Positions 54,854-56,543 of a stretch of DNA of 56,543 nucleotides are shown here, in pieces (positions within the stretch are counted from its first letter, which is position 1; each line of letters opens with the position of its first letter). Origin of the DNA: a virus. Lineage: Duplodnaviria; Caudoviricetes. The DNA lies in IMG/VR virus record IMGVR_UViG_3300046002_002936, positions 1 to 56,543 of that record. One strand, 5' to 3'. Under the pieces are notes generated by a model. The model saw nothing but the letters and a program-made list of their open reading frames with translations, had not been told where the DNA came from and made no database searches. Made by a program: the position numbers and the translations under genes.

Positions 54854-55183
54854 ATGTCAGTAGAATATACTTGGGGCGTATCCCAAATGGATTGTTACCC
54901 CGAAGCCGATGGCGAGACCGACGTGGTCTTCATCGTCCACTGGACCCTCAATGCCTCTGACGGCACCTACAGCTCTGGCGCTTACGGCACCAGCGGCGTC
55001 ACTGTCGATCCTAACGAGCCCTTCACCCCCTACGAAGACCTGACCCTTGATCAAGTTGTCGGTTGGGTACAGGCCGCTATGGGCGAAGAGAAAGTCGATC
55101 AGTTGGAGGTCGCCCTCGCCGATCAGATCGCCGCTCAGGCCAACCCGCCCGTGGTCGCGCCGCCCCTGCCTTGGAGCGCGTAA
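54854..55183 (+). CDS. Acidic tail-fibre-associated protein
   Basis: DVVFIVHW...FTPYEDLT...V.GWV...LPW; GGAGA SD. Confidence 0.65.
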   Translation: MSVEYTWGVSQMDCYPEADGETDVVFIVHWTLNASDGTYSSGAYGTSGVTVDPNEPFTPYEDLTLDQVVGWVQAAMGEEKVDQLEVALADQIAAQANPPVVAPPLPWSA

Positions 55184-55536
55184 TGATTGAGGAGCTGATC
55201 TCGAGGGTATTTTATACCCGCAATGTGGCGCATTGGACACATTGGCGAACCAAGTCATACGCGCAGCATATGGCTTTGGGCTCGTTCTACGACAGCATCA
55301 TCGACACGTTAGATAAGCTCGTGGAGGCCTGTCAGGGCGCTCACGGGCTTGTCGGCGCGATCCCTGCGCCGTCTGCTTCGGCCAGCGACATCATCGACCA
55401 CCTTGAGGCCGAGAGCGCGTGGATCGCCGAGCATCGCAGCGAGATCGCTTACGATATGCCGCCCCTCGAGAACATCGTGGATGAGATTTCGGCCATCTAC
55501 CTCTCAACCATCTACAAACTCAAAAACCTGAAGTAG
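55183..55536 (+). CDS. Ferritin/Dps-like four-helix protein (DUF5856-like)
   Basis: AHWTHW.T.SYAQH.ALG.FYD...D.LVE..QG...NIVDEI...YKL. Confidence 0.65.
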   Translation: MIEELISRVFYTRNVAHWTHWRTKSYAQHMALGSFYDSIIDTLDKLVEACQGAHGLVGAIPAPSASASDIIDHLEAESAWIAEHRSEIAYDMPPLENIVDEISAIYLSTIYKLKNLK

Positions 55537-55546
55537 GACCATCCCT

Positions 55547-55741
55547 ATGTCTTTAGCCATAGACTATCAAGCGCACAACAAGGCCGTCGAAGTTGCAGCC
55601 CAACTCGACACGCACGAGGCCGTTTGCGCCGAAAGATACCTCGGTATCAACGCGCGTCTGAAACGTCTTGAAGGCATCCTGATCACCTGCGCCGGAACGA
55701 TGATCGTCCTGCTGCTCGGCATAGCACTGAAGCTAAACTGA
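55547..55741 (+). CDS. Small membrane protein in the lysis module (holin/antiholin-like)
   Basis: HEAVCAERY coiled coil plus C-terminal TM, directly before endolysin. Confidence 0.55.
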   Translation: MSLAIDYQAHNKAVEVAAQLDTHEAVCAERYLGINARLKRLEGILITCAGTMIVLLLGIALKLN

Positions 55742-56205
55742 TGAACCTGAGCCCTCACTTCACGCTGGAAGAGATGATCAAGAGCCAAGCGGGCGACCGC
55801 GCTGGCATTGACAACCTGCCTCCCCCTGCGTGCCGTGAGGCCCTGCGGGCTTTATGCGTTCACGTCCTTGAGCCGATCCGCGAGCGGTTTGGTCCCGTTG
55901 TGATCACCTCGGGCTATCGAGGTCCAGAGCTTAACCGCATAGTTGGTAGCTCTTCCTCAAGTCAGCACCCGAAAGGCGAGGCTGCGGACATCGAGGTTCC
56001 GGGCATGGCCAACGGTGACTTGGCGCGTTGGATTGAGAAGCACCTCGAATATGACCAGTTGATACTTGAGTGCTACAAGCCGGGTATCCCAAGTTCGGGA
56101 TGGGTTCACGTCAGCTACAAGGCGCTCAAGCCAAACCGTAAACAAGAGTTAACAGCCACGGTCGTCAACGGAAAGATGACCTACACACCGGGGATCGCAA
56201 AATGA
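55741..56205 (+). CDS. Endolysin, peptidase M15 family
   Basis: LSPHFTLEE, ITSGYR, SQH.KGEAAD, WVHVSY Zn-peptidase motifs. Confidence 0.9.
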   Translation: MNLSPHFTLEEMIKSQAGDRAGIDNLPPPACREALRALCVHVLEPIRERFGPVVITSGYRGPELNRIVGSSSSSQHPKGEAADIEVPGMANGDLARWIEKHLEYDQLILECYKPGIPSSGWVHVSYKALKPNRKQELTATVVNGKMTYTPGIAK

Positions 56206-56363
56206 TTGGCTTCATCAAGGCGCGCCTGAGCGAACGCTCAACTTGGCTTCTGATCGGCGCGGGTGTTACCGCAGCCTCAACCCTTCCTGAGCCTTGGTCC
56301 TATGTGTCAATGGCCGTGGGGGTTATCGCGGCTCTCATTCCAGACGGGCAGATGCGCTCATGA
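56202..56363 (+). CDS. Putative holin (53 aa, two hydrophobic segments)
   Basis: MIGFIKARLSERSTWLLIGAGV...VIAALIPD; ATGA overlaps at both ends. Confidence 0.6.
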   Translation: MIGFIKARLSERSTWLLIGAGVTAASTLPEPWSYVSMAVGVIAALIPDGQMRS

Positions 56364-56543
56364 GCAACCTCGCAGTCACCATCGCCGTCATTGTCGGTGT
56401 ATTTCTCCTTGGGTGCCTCAACGGTTACTCGATCCGCGACGGCGCGGCCAAGGCGGCTGCCACCAAGGCATTTAGGGCCGCAGAGGGCCAGCGCATAGTT
56501 TTACAGGGGCAATTAGATGTGGTGTCGGCGAAGTATGAGAAAG
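56360..56543 (+). CDS. Rz: Rz-like spanin, 5' part (continues at 130-341)
   Basis: MSNLAVTIAVIVGVFLLG TM anchor. Confidence 0.7.
   Translation, partial: MSNLAVTIAVIVGVFLLGCLNGYSIRDGAAKAAATKAFRAAEGQRIVLQGQLDVVSAKYEK
56415..56543. repeat. Terminal direct repeat, copy 2
   Basis: Matches 1-129. Confidence 0.95.

Overview
The window is an essentially complete, circularly permuted genome of a dsDNA tailed phage, about 56.4 kb. Bases 1-129 recur at 56415-56543 with one mismatch. It looks podovirus-like (no tape-measure, tail-tube or sheath genes) and is GC-rich; an alphaproteobacterial host is an inference only. The + strand late region (39377 to the end, wrapping to 18605) encodes terminase, portal, a GroES-like co-chaperonin, scaffold, major capsid, adaptor, nozzle and tail fibre. 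It also carries an HNH endonuclease, a lysis cassette spanning the contig junction, and a run of large internal/ejection proteins, one with a lytic transglycosylase and one with two ADP-ribosyltransferase-like domains. Two divergent early arms hold replication/recombination genes (Sak4-like ATPase, DUF669 SSB, Cas4-like nuclease, C5 methyltransferase, SF2 helicase, VRR-NUC, primase-helicase) and many small ORFs. I found no integrase, DNA polymerase, tRNA or CRISPR array. Most interesting signals: (1) a short SPLAV/LAV motif and an xxKGG motif shared by otherwise unrelated late proteins, suggesting a cargo-addressing system; (2) two polymorphic-toxin-like virion proteins with AT-rich payloads, the last facing a small convergent candidate immunity gene; (3) an early-gene regulon built from a TGCAA-N8-TTGCA operator/promoter, a CACGGAGA leader and cUUCGg hairpins; (4) a three-hairpin RNA with anti-Shine-Dalgarno loops; (5) a second subunit overprinted inside the methyltransferase; (6) a TGACCCT repeat cluster; (7) a probable CTG start for TerL. 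All functional calls come from motif recognition by eye, not from database searches.
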